DNA from: Robiginitomaculum sp.
GTDB lineage: Bacteria > Pseudomonadota > Alphaproteobacteria > Caulobacterales > Maricaulaceae
Assembly (NCBI GenBank): GCA_027071965.1
Contig: JALSYJ010000049.1
Span: 1 to 63,791, forward strand
Length of the DNA stretch: 63,791 bases
Direction of reading: 5' to 3'
Under the pieces are notes generated by a model. That model worked only from the letters and a program-made list of their open reading frames with translations. It was not told where the DNA came from and ran no database searches. Of the stretch, positions 37,406 through 46,678 are shown piece after piece. The stretch's first letter is position 1. Each line of letters starts with the position of its first letter. A program made the translations under genes and the position numbers.

Positions 37406-37632
37406 AATCCTGCCTCCTGAACGAATGTGGTTGAAGTGGCTTTTCTACCCAGCATAAAAGCTTCCAAGTCCTCTTGCCGATAGCGGACGGCCCGGCCCAT
37501 TTTAATGAATACCGGGCCACCGCCATGGCAGCGCCATTTATTTAATGTCGAGACGGCCAAGCCCAGATAAAGGGCGGCTTGGCGAACGCTCATGACTATT
37601 GTGGCCGGGTTTTCTTTTGTCGTGATGTGCAT
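37402..37632 (-). CDS. AlpA/excisionase-family HTH regulator
   Basis: MSVRQAALYLGLAVSTLNKWRCHGGGPVFIKMGRAVRYRQEDLEAFM. The start may be the internal Met at 37593. Confidence 0.7.
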   Translation of the reverse strand: MHITTKENPATIVMSVRQAALYLGLAVSTLNKWRCHGGGPVFIKMGRAVRYRQEDLEAFMLGRKATSTTFVQEAGL

Positions 37633-37829
37633 TTTCTTTCTCCTGAATGTGTATGCGACAGGAGAAGAAAGGCAGGAAATTCAATGCGTTGCAGTAACCA
37701 CAAGGCAATGTGTTTTATTGTTGGATTGGTTTTTCGTTTTGCTATGGCTTTGCCTGATGGCAGACCGCTTGTGCCAGTGTGGTTGTGGTCCGGATAGCTC
37801 AGGGAAATATGAACCTTTGTTGTTATAGT

Positions 37830-38462
37830 TTAATCGAGAGCAACAAGGAAAAGCGTTACCTTGTTGCTCTCGATTTCTATGCGCTTGGTGGTGGCTTCGA
37901 GTATGTCCCGTTTGGTTGAAAGGGACAGAGTTGCCCATTTGGAATAAAGGTTATCAAAGGGAGAGCGGCTTTTGGTTTGATAATATTGTGATTTTAATTG
38001 TTCAATAAAGATGGCTTCCAAATCTGCTTTATGGATTTTAGCTTTGCAGGTTCGGCAAACATATTTGTGACTGCCCGAAGGCACATACATTTTATCACCG
38101 CACTGACAAAACAATAGCCCGGCAAAAAGGTGTGCAGGTTTTCGTTTTGCGCCGCCCTTTTGGGATTTCAATATGTCTTGGCATTTTCGGAATAGAGCAC
38201 GCGGGATCAGCGCTTCGACCTTGCCGGTTTCGCCGGTGACTTTTTCATCATTAAGCAAGCGCCCAACGGTCTGGCCGGTGAAGTAGGCATCATTTCTGGT
38301 TTTGAATCCTTCGGCGTTCAGTATCTCAGCCACGGTTTTTTTACGTCGATGTTCCAGAAAAAGCTCGAACAGTCGTTTGCGAATTGGGGCTTCTTTTCCA
38401 TCGAGCACCAGCTTGTCGCCGTCTCTTTTGTATCCAAAACTGGTGGGGCCAGAGCGCGCCAT
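37830..38462 (-). CDS. Serine-recombinase 'recombinase + zinc-ribbon' domains without the N-terminal catalytic resolvase domain
   Basis: The protein begins MARSGPTSFGYKRDGDKLVLDGKEAPIRKRLFELF...AEILNAEGFKTRNDAYFTGQTVGRLL (recombinase domain) and continues with FCQCGDKMYV...YVCRTCKAKI (zinc ribbon). No S-containing resolvase domain precedes it. The start is 1 nt after the stop of the 862-aa gene. Confidence 0.65.
   Translation of the reverse strand: MARSGPTSFGYKRDGDKLVLDGKEAPIRKRLFELFLEHRRKKTVAEILNAEGFKTRNDAYFTGQTVGRLLNDEKVTGETGKVEALIPRALFRKCQDILKSQKGGAKRKPAHLFAGLLFCQCGDKMYVPSGSHKYVCRTCKAKIHKADLEAIFIEQLKSQYYQTKSRSPFDNLYSKWATLSLSTKRDILEATTKRIEIESNKVTLFLVALD
37832..37875. repeat. Perfect 17-bp inverted repeat (aatcgagagcaacaagg / ccttgttgctctcgatt) with a 10-nt loop
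   Basis: The arms are at 37832-37848 and 37859-37875. The palindrome encodes the last ~15 codons of the 37830-38462 ORF. No T-run follows on either strand. Confidence 0.85.
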
Positions 38463-38463
38463 A

Positions 38464-41052
38464 TCATTCAGCCGATTTCAGGACACGGGCCAGTTGTTCC
38501 CGGCGCATTTCAAGGTCGGCATCGGTGGCGTAGGCCATTTTGATGGCTACAGAATAGCCCCGAACGGTGCTGCCTTCCTCGCTGTGTAAATCGCTTCTGG
38601 CTTCGATCTCGGCGGGTAAATTATCCGGTGTGAAGAACTTTACCTCAGAGCGCCCAGCAATCATTTTTTCGATCTCTTGGAGCTTGGTTATGTCTTCTGA
38701 AATCACCCAGACTTCATCGGCCCCGGCGGCAAGGCATTTCTCGATATTCTGCACCTCATAGTCATTGGGCGTAGTGACAGTGATCTCACAGGCGATACAA
38801 AGCCCGGCACGGCTCATCCATACGTCAATCGCCCCATCTGCCACCTGATATTCCAGATCAGCCTTCCAGCCATACTGGTTGGCCAGACTTTTGACCATGT
38901 TCTGAATTCGGGTGTGCTCCTTGCCACCGCGCCCGGTGATTTCCGGCTGTCCCTCAGGCTGGCTTTGCAGCTTGGTTGGAAGCAGCATATCCGCGTGAGC
39001 TACTTGCTCGAGCTTGGCTTTACCCATGCCCGGAAAGACGATGTTTTGCGCACTGTCTTGCGGTTCATATTTCCAGCAATAGGATTTACGATTTTGCGTG
39101 AGCATCTTCTCAAAAGAAACCTGATCCATCTGCTTTTGGCTTTCAAGCAACCCAAATATTACGGAAACTCTGATGGCTTCTGGAACATCATGTCTAATCC
39201 AAAAGGCAAAGTCGGTATCCCATTTGCTCTTGGACATAGATTGCAGAAAATCACTTGAGGTGCGCATTTCCTGCGCCAGCAACCAGGCATCTTTGGCATT
39301 CACGCCGCCGCAAGCCTTTATGCTGGTGTTGGCCAGCACACTGGCACGCTCAGATGTGCTCAACTGGTCGGTATGCTGATGGGCTAGTATCAGCCCAATT
39401 TTTCGTTTGCGGCCTTGCGCCAGAAGAACCTCAATCGTTTCGTCAAAATAGTCCTGGCATTCATCCACATAAAGATAAGTCGGTGTGCGTTCGCCTTCCG
39501 GGATCACGGCGCGCTCCATGATGGCCTGCCCAATCATGGAGAGGAAAAAACGGCCATAAAGGGACGCGCCGTCTTGTTTCAGCAAGTCCTTGGCGGTGTT
39601 GATGAGAATAATGCTGCCGTCATTGAGCTTGGAATAAAGGTCAATCTTGTTTTCCTGTGATGAAAACAACCGCTCAAAGGCCGGGGTGGAAAGTACGCCC
39701 CAAAGCCGTTTGGAGATTTGGCGTTTGGTCTGGTTAAAGCTTTTGTCTAAAAACTCTCTGGCAAAGAAAACCCGCGCACTGCCCGTGAGTTTATCCATAT
39801 AGGGGATGAAGGGTTTGGGGTCGTCCATTAAATCGCGCAAGGTAAGAATGGTGGCGTTTGGAATTTCCAGCATCAGCCGGGCCAGATATTTGAACACCAC
39901 CCCTTGTTTAGCGGTTAGCTCTGCACCCAAAAGCTCGCCAAAGAAATGCTCATAAAGCGCAATGGCCGAGTTTTGCACCTTTTCCCGCTCAACGGCCCCG
40001 TATGAATTCAACCTCTTTTCATCCAGCGCAAACATGTTGATTGCCGCCGGGTAAAGAACATCGGTCGGGTCGATCATCACCAGTTTGTCTTTTAAGGCTC
40101 CATGATCGGGGTGAAAAACATCCAGCCGTGATATTTTCTGGATCATATCGCCTTGGCTATCGACCACCACAACAGAGCGTTTCTCACGCACCGCTACACC
40201 CAAATCCCGGAGTATCCATTTTTGCAAGAATTGCGTTTTACCGTGCCCGGTGCCACCCATAATATGGGTATGTTCAAACCGCGCCGCATCATTTACCGCA
40301 AGTGGTAATTCCATATTGAAGAATTGCCGAAAAGGCGTGCCGACAAGATAAGTATCGACCAGTTCTTGCGCATCCAGTCCGACCGCCTTTTTGGGCGTAA
40401 CGAAGCGATGATGGTTGGAAGGCACGTTCCTTGGATCAATTTTTGAGGCTCGAAAGAGGTTAGCTTCCAGCCGATGACGAAGCGGATCAAGCAAATTGAA
40501 GTGGATAAGTTCCTCATCAAAGGAATTGCCCATCACGTTTTCAACCGCGTCGGCAGCATCATCGACAATGCTGGCAAAGCGAATGCGAAAAAAGGCATCA
40601 TGCGCATTTTCTTCCAGTGCGTAGCCCGGAATAAGGTCCAGCAAATATCGACAGATAAAAGTGAGATGGCTTTGCAATTCGGCCATAGCCGGGTCATAGT
40701 TTTCTATAAACCGGATTTGCCGCCGCAGATATTCGCGTACTTCCATTGCGTCCCGGCTATCGGGCCGAAGGGCAAGCACATTTTCACCAAGTGGGGCCAA
40801 AGCCTCGTCCGCGTAAAAGGCTTTGCACAGGTCAATCAGGGCATAGACGATGGGCGTTGAAAGCTCATACTCTAACCCGACTATGGCTGGCGCAAGAACC
40901 TCACCGGCAAAGGCTGTGTCGTCCAGTTCAGCAAGAGGAGAACTGGCCCGAAGACGCGCAGCCTGTTCCCATACCTCTTTGGTGTTGCCAAGTGCGCCTG
41001 TGTTTTTCCTGATGCCAAGCGAAAAGGGTTTTAATGCCCAAAAGCCCGACAT
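38464..41052 (-). CDS. 862-aa T4CP/FtsK-HerA-superfamily ATPase with a C-terminal PD-(D/E)xK-like domain
   Basis: Walker A IMGGTGHGKTQFL, Walker B TYLYVDECQDYF and LILAHQHTDQL. The C-terminal ~130 aa (GGKEHTRIQNMVKSLANQYGW...AIDVWMSRAGLCIACEITV...ADEVWVIS) look restriction-endonuclease-fold-like. Confidence 0.7.
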   Translation of the reverse strand: MSGFWALKPFSLGIRKNTGALGNTKEVWEQAARLRASSPLAELDDTAFAGEVLAPAIVGLEYELSTPIVYALIDLCKAFYADEALAPLGENVLALRPDSRDAMEVREYLRRQIRFIENYDPAMAELQSHLTFICRYLLDLIPGYALEENAHDAFFRIRFASIVDDAADAVENVMGNSFDEELIHFNLLDPLRHRLEANLFRASKIDPRNVPSNHHRFVTPKKAVGLDAQELVDTYLVGTPFRQFFNMELPLAVNDAARFEHTHIMGGTGHGKTQFLQKWILRDLGVAVREKRSVVVVDSQGDMIQKISRLDVFHPDHGALKDKLVMIDPTDVLYPAAINMFALDEKRLNSYGAVEREKVQNSAIALYEHFFGELLGAELTAKQGVVFKYLARLMLEIPNATILTLRDLMDDPKPFIPYMDKLTGSARVFFAREFLDKSFNQTKRQISKRLWGVLSTPAFERLFSSQENKIDLYSKLNDGSIILINTAKDLLKQDGASLYGRFFLSMIGQAIMERAVIPEGERTPTYLYVDECQDYFDETIEVLLAQGRKRKIGLILAHQHTDQLSTSERASVLANTSIKACGGVNAKDAWLLAQEMRTSSDFLQSMSKSKWDTDFAFWIRHDVPEAIRVSVIFGLLESQKQMDQVSFEKMLTQNRKSYCWKYEPQDSAQNIVFPGMGKAKLEQVAHADMLLPTKLQSQPEGQPEITGRGGKEHTRIQNMVKSLANQYGWKADLEYQVADGAIDVWMSRAGLCIACEITVTTPNDYEVQNIEKCLAAGADEVWVISEDITKLQEIEKMIAGRSEVKFFTPDNLPAEIEARSDLHSEEGSTVRGYSVAIKMAYATDADLEMRREQLARVLKSAE

Positions 41053-41055
41053 GGA

Positions 41056-41445
41056 TCAGTATTCGATGATCTCTTCGCCTTCAAACCCGGAACAGGCGTC
41101 AAGCATACCTTTCAATCCTTTGCAGGCTTCTCTGATACTTTCTTCGGCATCAATGATTTCGAGAATGTCCTTGCATTCAATGGTGCGTCCAGTCACCAGA
41201 TCATTGACACTGATTTTAAGATTAAGCGCAAGCGCAGACAAATTGCGCATAATGCCTTTGGCGCTGGCATAGTCATCACGTTCAACTTGAACCCGCTCTT
41301 TTGAATAGACAATTTCCTTGCCCATTTTGTAGCGGTTCACATAGTCCTGTTCCTGCGCCGAAAGGTCGACCTGTGCGCCAAGGGTAAAGACCACCTTTTT
41401 GGCAAGACCTGCTGTACGTTGTGATTTGTTGAGTCTGAGTTTCAT
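41056..41445 (-). CDS. Hypothetical 129-aa protein between the two ATPase genes
   Basis: An ATG preceded by GGGGGAAATT (RBS) opens MKLRLNKSQRTAG.... The stop is 3 nt before the 862-aa gene start. No family recognised. Confidence 0.6.
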   Translation of the reverse strand: MKLRLNKSQRTAGLAKKVVFTLGAQVDLSAQEQDYVNRYKMGKEIVYSKERVQVERDDYASAKGIMRNLSALALNLKISVNDLVTGRTIECKDILEIIDAEESIREACKGLKGMLDACSGFEGEEIIEY

Positions 41446-41509
41446 AATTTCCCCCACCAAGAGTATATTTAAGATAATAGACTCGCATAGGTTGTATTAT
41501 TTACCTCAT

Positions 41510-42679
41510 TTAGGCAAGGGTTTTCCCGCTAAAGGGACGTGACGGCGCACCATCAATCATTAGTTTCAGGTCTATGTGGTAATTGGGAAGGGTGATTAAA
41601 TCCAGCTCACAAAACCTTGGGGCAAACTCTCTGGCAATACTGCCAGCGTCCTTGGCGCTTAGGCGAAAGGATATGAGCGTGCCGCTATTGCCAAGAATGG
41701 CATCGCGTATCTCCGGCTCTATCTGGTTCAGATATTGATGGGAAAGAACCAATGAGAGATGGAATTTGCGTAACTCCGAAGCCATCTCTGCAATGGAAAG
41801 CGTGGTGAAGTTTTGAAACTCATCCATATAGAGGTGAAAGTTAGCGCGTTGGTCTTCTGGTATGTCCTGCCGTGAATACGCAGCCAGTGCCATGGTGGTG
41901 ACAAGCAGGCCCCCTAGCAAACCGGCAGCATCTTCCCCGATTTGCCCTTTGGCGAGATTGACCAGAAGGATTTGTCGCTCATCCATAATCTGGCGAAACG
42001 ATAAGTCCTTTTTTGGCGCAATGAGAATTCGTCTTACATTCGGATCAGTCAGAAATGCTCCCACCTTGTTTTGAATGGGAGCGATGGCGTTTAGGCGAAA
42101 GGGTTCGGAATATTTTGCATATTCCTGCGCCCAGAAATATTTGACCTGCTTATTTTGCAAGCTCCGAGCAATACGGTTTCTGTAGGTCTTGTTGGTAAGC
42201 AATTTCAGGATGTCGGACAGGTCGGAACCTCGCACTTCCATCAGGGTCAAAATGCAATTGCGCAAGATGTGCTCCATTCGTGCGCCCCAGCTATCTCCCC
42301 ACAGCTTCTTAAACACCTCCAGCACACCCGATGCCGCCAAACTGCGCTTGTCCTCGCGTACAAAGCGAAGCGGATTGTATCCGTAGACTTGGTGGACTTC
42401 GGGGACGTTTAGATAGGTCACTTCATCTTTTCGGTGTTCCGGTATGTCGGCATAAATGCTTTCCACCAGATCGCCATGGGGGTCAATCAGGCACACGCCG
42501 CGCCCGGCCTCTATATCCTGCAAGATCATGTTTTTCAGCAAGGTGGACTTGCCGGTGCCGGTTTTACCGATGATATAGGTATGCGAAAGTCGGTCGGCCT
42601 GCCTGATGCCAAATTTCCTGTATGGCAACCGGCCATTGGTTTGTGCAAGATAGGTGATTTCGTTGGGTATGTGGGGCAT
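41510..42679 (-). CDS. 389-aa T4CP-like (TraD/TrwB/DUF87-type) P-loop ATPase lacking a transmembrane anchor
   Basis: Walker A IIGKTGTGKSTLL, CLIDPHGDL, Walker B FHLYMDEFQNF, and LVLSHQYLNQI...GNSGTLISFRL. No hydrophobic N-terminal helices are present. Confidence 0.7.
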   Translation of the reverse strand: MPHIPNEITYLAQTNGRLPYRKFGIRQADRLSHTYIIGKTGTGKSTLLKNMILQDIEAGRGVCLIDPHGDLVESIYADIPEHRKDEVTYLNVPEVHQVYGYNPLRFVREDKRSLAASGVLEVFKKLWGDSWGARMEHILRNCILTLMEVRGSDLSDILKLLTNKTYRNRIARSLQNKQVKYFWAQEYAKYSEPFRLNAIAPIQNKVGAFLTDPNVRRILIAPKKDLSFRQIMDERQILLVNLAKGQIGEDAAGLLGGLLVTTMALAAYSRQDIPEDQRANFHLYMDEFQNFTTLSIAEMASELRKFHLSLVLSHQYLNQIEPEIRDAILGNSGTLISFRLSAKDAGSIAREFAPRFCELDLITLPNYHIDLKLMIDGAPSRPFSGKTLA

Positions 42680-42697
42680 TCACCCATAATGCCAGAG

Positions 42698-44299
42698 CTA
42701 GTGTGGTTTTGTAGGGGGCGGAATATATCGGTTGGATATATTTGTCTGAAAATCTTGCGTGGCTGGATCTGAAAAATACTTTATCAGCTCATTGATTGTG
42801 CTCTTTGCCCAGGCATCCATCTCCTTTTTTGATAACTTTTTTGTCCGAGGTATGTCCCGATGAGGTGCACTAAGAGGAACGCCAGTTCCATTTATGAACA
42901 GTGACCACGGTAAATCGACAGGAATATCAACGTTTTTGGGTGATATAGTCGGGTTCGAGGTTATGGATTTGAGCAAATCGCCTCTAAAGTCATTTGGCGT
43001 GGTTTTATAGCCAAGGATAAGGCTTTTAGCCTGTTCAAGGAATTGTGCAACACGGGTCATGACTTGTCCAATATGGGCGGTTGGGTTGATCAACTGGTCT
43101 TCTAATTTGACCACAGATTCTTGCAAGGCTTCCTGTTTTTTATCAAAAGCAGATTTCGTAATTTTCCCATCAATGAAAAGGTCCATCAGGCGCTCAAGGC
43201 GGGTTTTGGCATTAGCGAGTTGTAACTCAATTGCCTCGGTCTGTGATCGCTCGATTTGGTCCGCTTTTGATTTGGCTAATTCAAGACCATGGCACAAAGC
43301 TGTAACCAAATTATCGGTAAATTGTACGCCTTTTAGGACGCGGTCTATTTCATCAACCAGTTTGTCTTCCCGGATGGATTTCATGGCACAAGAGGTCGTG
43401 TGACACCGGTAATAGACATGTCCCTTTTGCCGTTCAGCTATGAGGCTGTACTGACAGGTTTGGCATTTGAATGTGCGCTGAAACGCAAACAAGCGTTTCT
43501 GAGGGTTTTTACGAGCCTTTCCCGTCAACACCGCCTGCACCCGGTTAAAGAGTTCTTTGGTGATGAGGGGCTCGTGTTTGCCTTTATAGGTTTCCCCGGT
43601 CGTCCGTATGAAAATTTTTCCATAGTAAAATGGGTTGTTGAGGATGCGGGAAAAGCCGTTCTTTCCCAGATTACCCCCGGCGTTTGATCGAAGGCCGCTC
43701 CGGTACATTTCCTTGCCAAGGGTAATGAGGCCATAGTTATTTGTTGCATAAAGCTCGAAGGCCATTTTCACCAACGGGCCATAAACTGGATCAATGGTCT
43801 TTAGCTCGCCGCCGCCATTGTCCTGATAGCCTACAGGCGCTTTTAAGGGGTATATGCCCAGCTTCAGTCGTCCCCGCATACCCTTGAGGCACTCTTCGCG
43901 CAGATTGCGGATATAATCAGCAGCAATGACCGCCTGAATGTCCGCCGATAGCCTGCCGCCCCTGCTGGAGAGGTCATAGTTTTCGGCAGATACCTGAACA
44001 TCAATGCCGGCATCAATCAGTTCGCCCAAAGCGGCCCAGTCTTTTAAGTTTCGGGCGCTTCGATCAATCTTGTGAATAATTAAACCGTCCGCCTCACCCT
44101 TGCGCAAACGCTTCATGATGTTGGTGAAAATGGCTCGCCCGGTTTTGGCGGCGGTGACGGTCTCTTCAAACCATTCGACAATCTCAAGCCCATGCCTTTG
44201 AGCGTGGAATTCAATGGCAGATTTTTGTTCAACCAAGGAGACGCCTTTGACGCCTTGCTTCACCGTTGAGACGCGGGTGTAGGCAAAGTATTTTTTCAT
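42698..44299 (-). CDS. Large serine recombinase (intact, 533 aa)
   Basis: YFAYTRVSTVKQ...GLIIHKIDRSARN (resolvase domain), a recombinase domain and the zinc ribbon FKCQTCQYS...YYRCHTTSC. It lies 18 nt upstream of the 389-aa ATPase gene. Confidence 0.9.
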   Translation of the reverse strand: MKKYFAYTRVSTVKQGVKGVSLVEQKSAIEFHAQRHGLEIVEWFEETVTAAKTGRAIFTNIMKRLRKGEADGLIIHKIDRSARNLKDWAALGELIDAGIDVQVSAENYDLSSRGGRLSADIQAVIAADYIRNLREECLKGMRGRLKLGIYPLKAPVGYQDNGGGELKTIDPVYGPLVKMAFELYATNNYGLITLGKEMYRSGLRSNAGGNLGKNGFSRILNNPFYYGKIFIRTTGETYKGKHEPLITKELFNRVQAVLTGKARKNPQKRLFAFQRTFKCQTCQYSLIAERQKGHVYYRCHTTSCAMKSIREDKLVDEIDRVLKGVQFTDNLVTALCHGLELAKSKADQIERSQTEAIELQLANAKTRLERLMDLFIDGKITKSAFDKKQEALQESVVKLEDQLINPTAHIGQVMTRVAQFLEQAKSLILGYKTTPNDFRGDLLKSITSNPTISPKNVDIPVDLPWSLFINGTGVPLSAPHRDIPRTKKLSKKEMDAWAKSTINELIKYFSDPATQDFQTNISNRYIPPPTKPH

Positions 44300-44332
44300 G
44301 AAAGTAAGTGCGTCTATTTTACAAAACCCCGG

Positions 44333-44515
44333 CTAAAGAGTCGAATCTGGCATCCGTGGTAAGTCATCTCTGGCTTTGGGTTTTTCGTTATGCTCCATGA
44401 TTGCCAGCAGAACCCTGACAAAGGCAAGTAAGTTGGTGCAACAGGTATCTAGCTCTTCATCGGTCAAATGCGGGTAGTTTTCTTTGAAAAACGTTCGCAG
44501 GTCGGAATTTTCCAT
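44333..44515 (-). CDS. Hypothetical small protein (60 aa)
   Basis: ORF immediately upstream of the serine recombinase and co-directional with it. Confidence 0.4.
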   Translation of the reverse strand: MENSDLRTFFKENYPHLTDEELDTCCTNLLAFVRVLLAIMEHNEKPKARDDLPRMPDSTL

Positions 44516-44518
44516 GGG

Positions 44519-44749
44519 CTATTCGATTGAACTATTGCCCAAGTCCTCGTCCTCATACATTGGCCATGGGAATGAACCATTGGCTCGGTCTTGCAAAAAC
44601 TGCGCCCGGCAGGTTTCCAGATACTCATCAAGCGTTTGGTCAAAATCCTCGATCTCTTCATAAATCAGATCAAGGCTGTCTTCGGATAATGGTTGTTCTT
44701 TTTTTGCGGATTTATTTTTATTGGTCATACTAGGTGAAGTGTATTTCAC
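44519..44749 (-). CDS. Hypothetical small acidic protein (76 aa)
   Basis: ORF 3 nt upstream of the 60-aa ORF. It is strongly acidic (DLIYEEIEDFDQTLDEYLE). Confidence 0.4.
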   Translation of the reverse strand: MKYTSPSMTNKNKSAKKEQPLSEDSLDLIYEEIEDFDQTLDEYLETCRAQFLQDRANGSFPWPMYEDEDLGNSSIE

Positions 44750-44837
44750 CTGCCAATTTTTGGTAGTGGCCGGATTATAACGTGTGAGAATATTTCACCC
44801 TCTTGGAAATTTTGCGCCAAGACGTAGGCTTGGGGGT

Positions 44838-46163
44838 ATGAGCACACCAACACCTGAACCAAGCCCAACCAAAAAGAAAACAACCACAGAGACAGTCGTA
44901 TCGCGCATTCTTGGCCCGCAATCCTTTGTGGAATTGCTGTATGATCCAGTGCAGGAAAAAACCTCTTTGGCCGTATGGAAAGACGGCACGTTTGAGGTTG
45001 TAGCCAAGTATGCTGTGACGGAGACAAAACAGCTTGTACCGGTCAGCGCCAACAACAATCTCATTAAACATGATGTCCTGTTATTGCCATCCTCGGCAAA
45101 GGAGTATGGCGAGGAAAGCGATCTCATTGCGTCCATTCAATCCTTTATCCATCGTTATTGTGATCTGGGCGAGCGCTTTGAGATTGTCGCGATTTATTAC
45201 GTCTTGCTAAGCTGGGTATATGATCGCTTCCGAGAATTACCGTATTTGCGAATGCAGGGTGATTATGGCACCGGTAAAACAAGGTTCCTGCAAGTGGTCG
45301 GCTCGCTTTGCTACAAGCCGCTCTTTGCCAGTGGCGCATCCACCATCTCACCCATTTTTCACACACTGAACACGTTTAGGGGAACTTTGGTGATGGATGA
45401 GGCGGATTTTCGTTTTAGTGATGAAAAGGCTGACATCATCAAAATTCTGAACAATGGAAATATGAAAGGCTTTCCATTATTGCGCTCCAAGGTGAGCCGC
45501 GCTGGAACCTATAACCCCAAAGCCTTTAATGTGTTTGGACCAAAGGTCCTGGCCACGCGAGGCGCATATCAAGACCCGGCGCTGGAAAGCCGTATCATCA
45601 CCTTGCGCGCCGGGACGGGCAATATCAGGGCGGATATACCGCTCACCTTGCCAGAGAGTTTTGAGCTAGAGGCGTGCACATTACGCAACAAGTTGCTCAT
45701 GTACCGGTTCAAAAACTGGCATACAATGAAAACCAAACGGAGCGAAGCCCCAGAGCAAACATCATTGAGAGTTTCGCAAATCTTCCGGCCACTTCTGGCA
45801 GTAGCAAAGGATCAGCAGGCACGATCTATAATTTGCCAATACGCATCTGAATCTGATGTGATCCTCAAATCTTCGCTTGCCCATACACCGCAAGAAAATC
45901 TGCTCAAAATCATCCGTGAATTGATGGATCAAAAAGCCTCACCACTTTCTATCAAAGCGATTGCTTGCGCCTATCAGATACGCCACGGCGCGGAACATAC
46001 CGCCCCCGTCACCAATAAATGGGTGGGCGGCGTCCTACGTGGCCGCCTGCACCTTGCCACAGTGAAGCGCAACGGCATCTATGTGATCCCAGAGACGGAA
46101 ATGCCGAGGCTAAGGGCTTTGTTCAAACGCTATGGCGTAGTTGAAGAAAAAGAGGCGGCTTAA
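44838..46163 (+). CDS. P-loop NTPase of a mobile-element replication/maintenance type (family not resolved)
   Basis: Walker A GDYGTGKTRFL and Walker B LVMDEADF. The ATG at 44838 is preceded by GGGGG. The upstream GTG extension is considered unlikely. Confidence 0.6.
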   Translation: MSTPTPEPSPTKKKTTTETVVSRILGPQSFVELLYDPVQEKTSLAVWKDGTFEVVAKYAVTETKQLVPVSANNNLIKHDVLLLPSSAKEYGEESDLIASIQSFIHRYCDLGERFEIVAIYYVLLSWVYDRFRELPYLRMQGDYGTGKTRFLQVVGSLCYKPLFASGASTISPIFHTLNTFRGTLVMDEADFRFSDEKADIIKILNNGNMKGFPLLRSKVSRAGTYNPKAFNVFGPKVLATRGAYQDPALESRIITLRAGTGNIRADIPLTLPESFELEACTLRNKLLMYRFKNWHTMKTKRSEAPEQTSLRVSQIFRPLLAVAKDQQARSIICQYASESDVILKSSLAHTPQENLLKIIRELMDQKASPLSIKAIACAYQIRHGAEHTAPVTNKWVGGVLRGRLHLATVKRNGIYVIPETEMPRLRALFKRYGVVEEKEAA

Positions 46164-46165
46164 AA

Positions 46166-46678
46166 CTAGCCAAAGATATGCACCTCATCAAAACCAAGTT
46201 CGATGGCAAATATATCATTGATCACCAGATCAGCCGCCATTTTCTCATAATCCACATAGTATTGAAGCGGTTCGGGAATAGTGACAGATTGCTCAATCAT
46301 CTCTTCGGCATAATCAGTCACAGATTTGTATTCACCAAAATAGTGGTCTTCAATGGCGCGGGTTGCATCGCCCAGATTGCCAAAGTGCGCCACTAGCGCC
46401 CCGCCTAATTTGCCATGCTCGGATATAAAGGCGGCATATTTAGCGATTTGCTCAAGGCTTTCATATTCGTGAACTTCTATGCCTTCAAAACCTTCATAAT
46501 CATGCACGGCATATTCCTCTGCCCCTTCCATGGGTGAGGTTTTCAGCATGGCTCTGATTTCCTTTTGAATGCCGTCAATGCATTGGGCGGCATCGATCCA
46601 TTTTCCGTGTAAATGCCCGTTATTGTATGCGGCCAGACAGGCCACATAAATTCTAATTTCTCCTAGCTGTTTTTTCAT
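46166..46678 (-). CDS. ardA: Antirestriction protein ArdA
   Basis: IRIYVACLAAYNNGHLHGKWIDA...EEYAVHDYEGFEG...YVDYEKMAADLVINDIFAIE matches the ArdA (PF07275) pattern closely. Confidence 0.85.
   Translation of the reverse strand: MKKQLGEIRIYVACLAAYNNGHLHGKWIDAAQCIDGIQKEIRAMLKTSPMEGAEEYAVHDYEGFEGIEVHEYESLEQIAKYAAFISEHGKLGGALVAHFGNLGDATRAIEDHYFGEYKSVTDYAEEMIEQSVTIPEPLQYYVDYEKMAADLVINDIFAIELGFDEVHIFG

Noticed and set aside
37790-37815. ggatagctcaggg, resembling a tRNA D-arm
   Set aside because: No acceptor stem, anticodon arm or T arm can be built around it.
38464-42679. T4CP-like ATPases as evidence of a complete integrative conjugative element
   Set aside because: No relaxase, VirB4/TraC-type ATPase, pilin or other T4SS components are present anywhere in the window. 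Both ATPases also lack membrane anchors.
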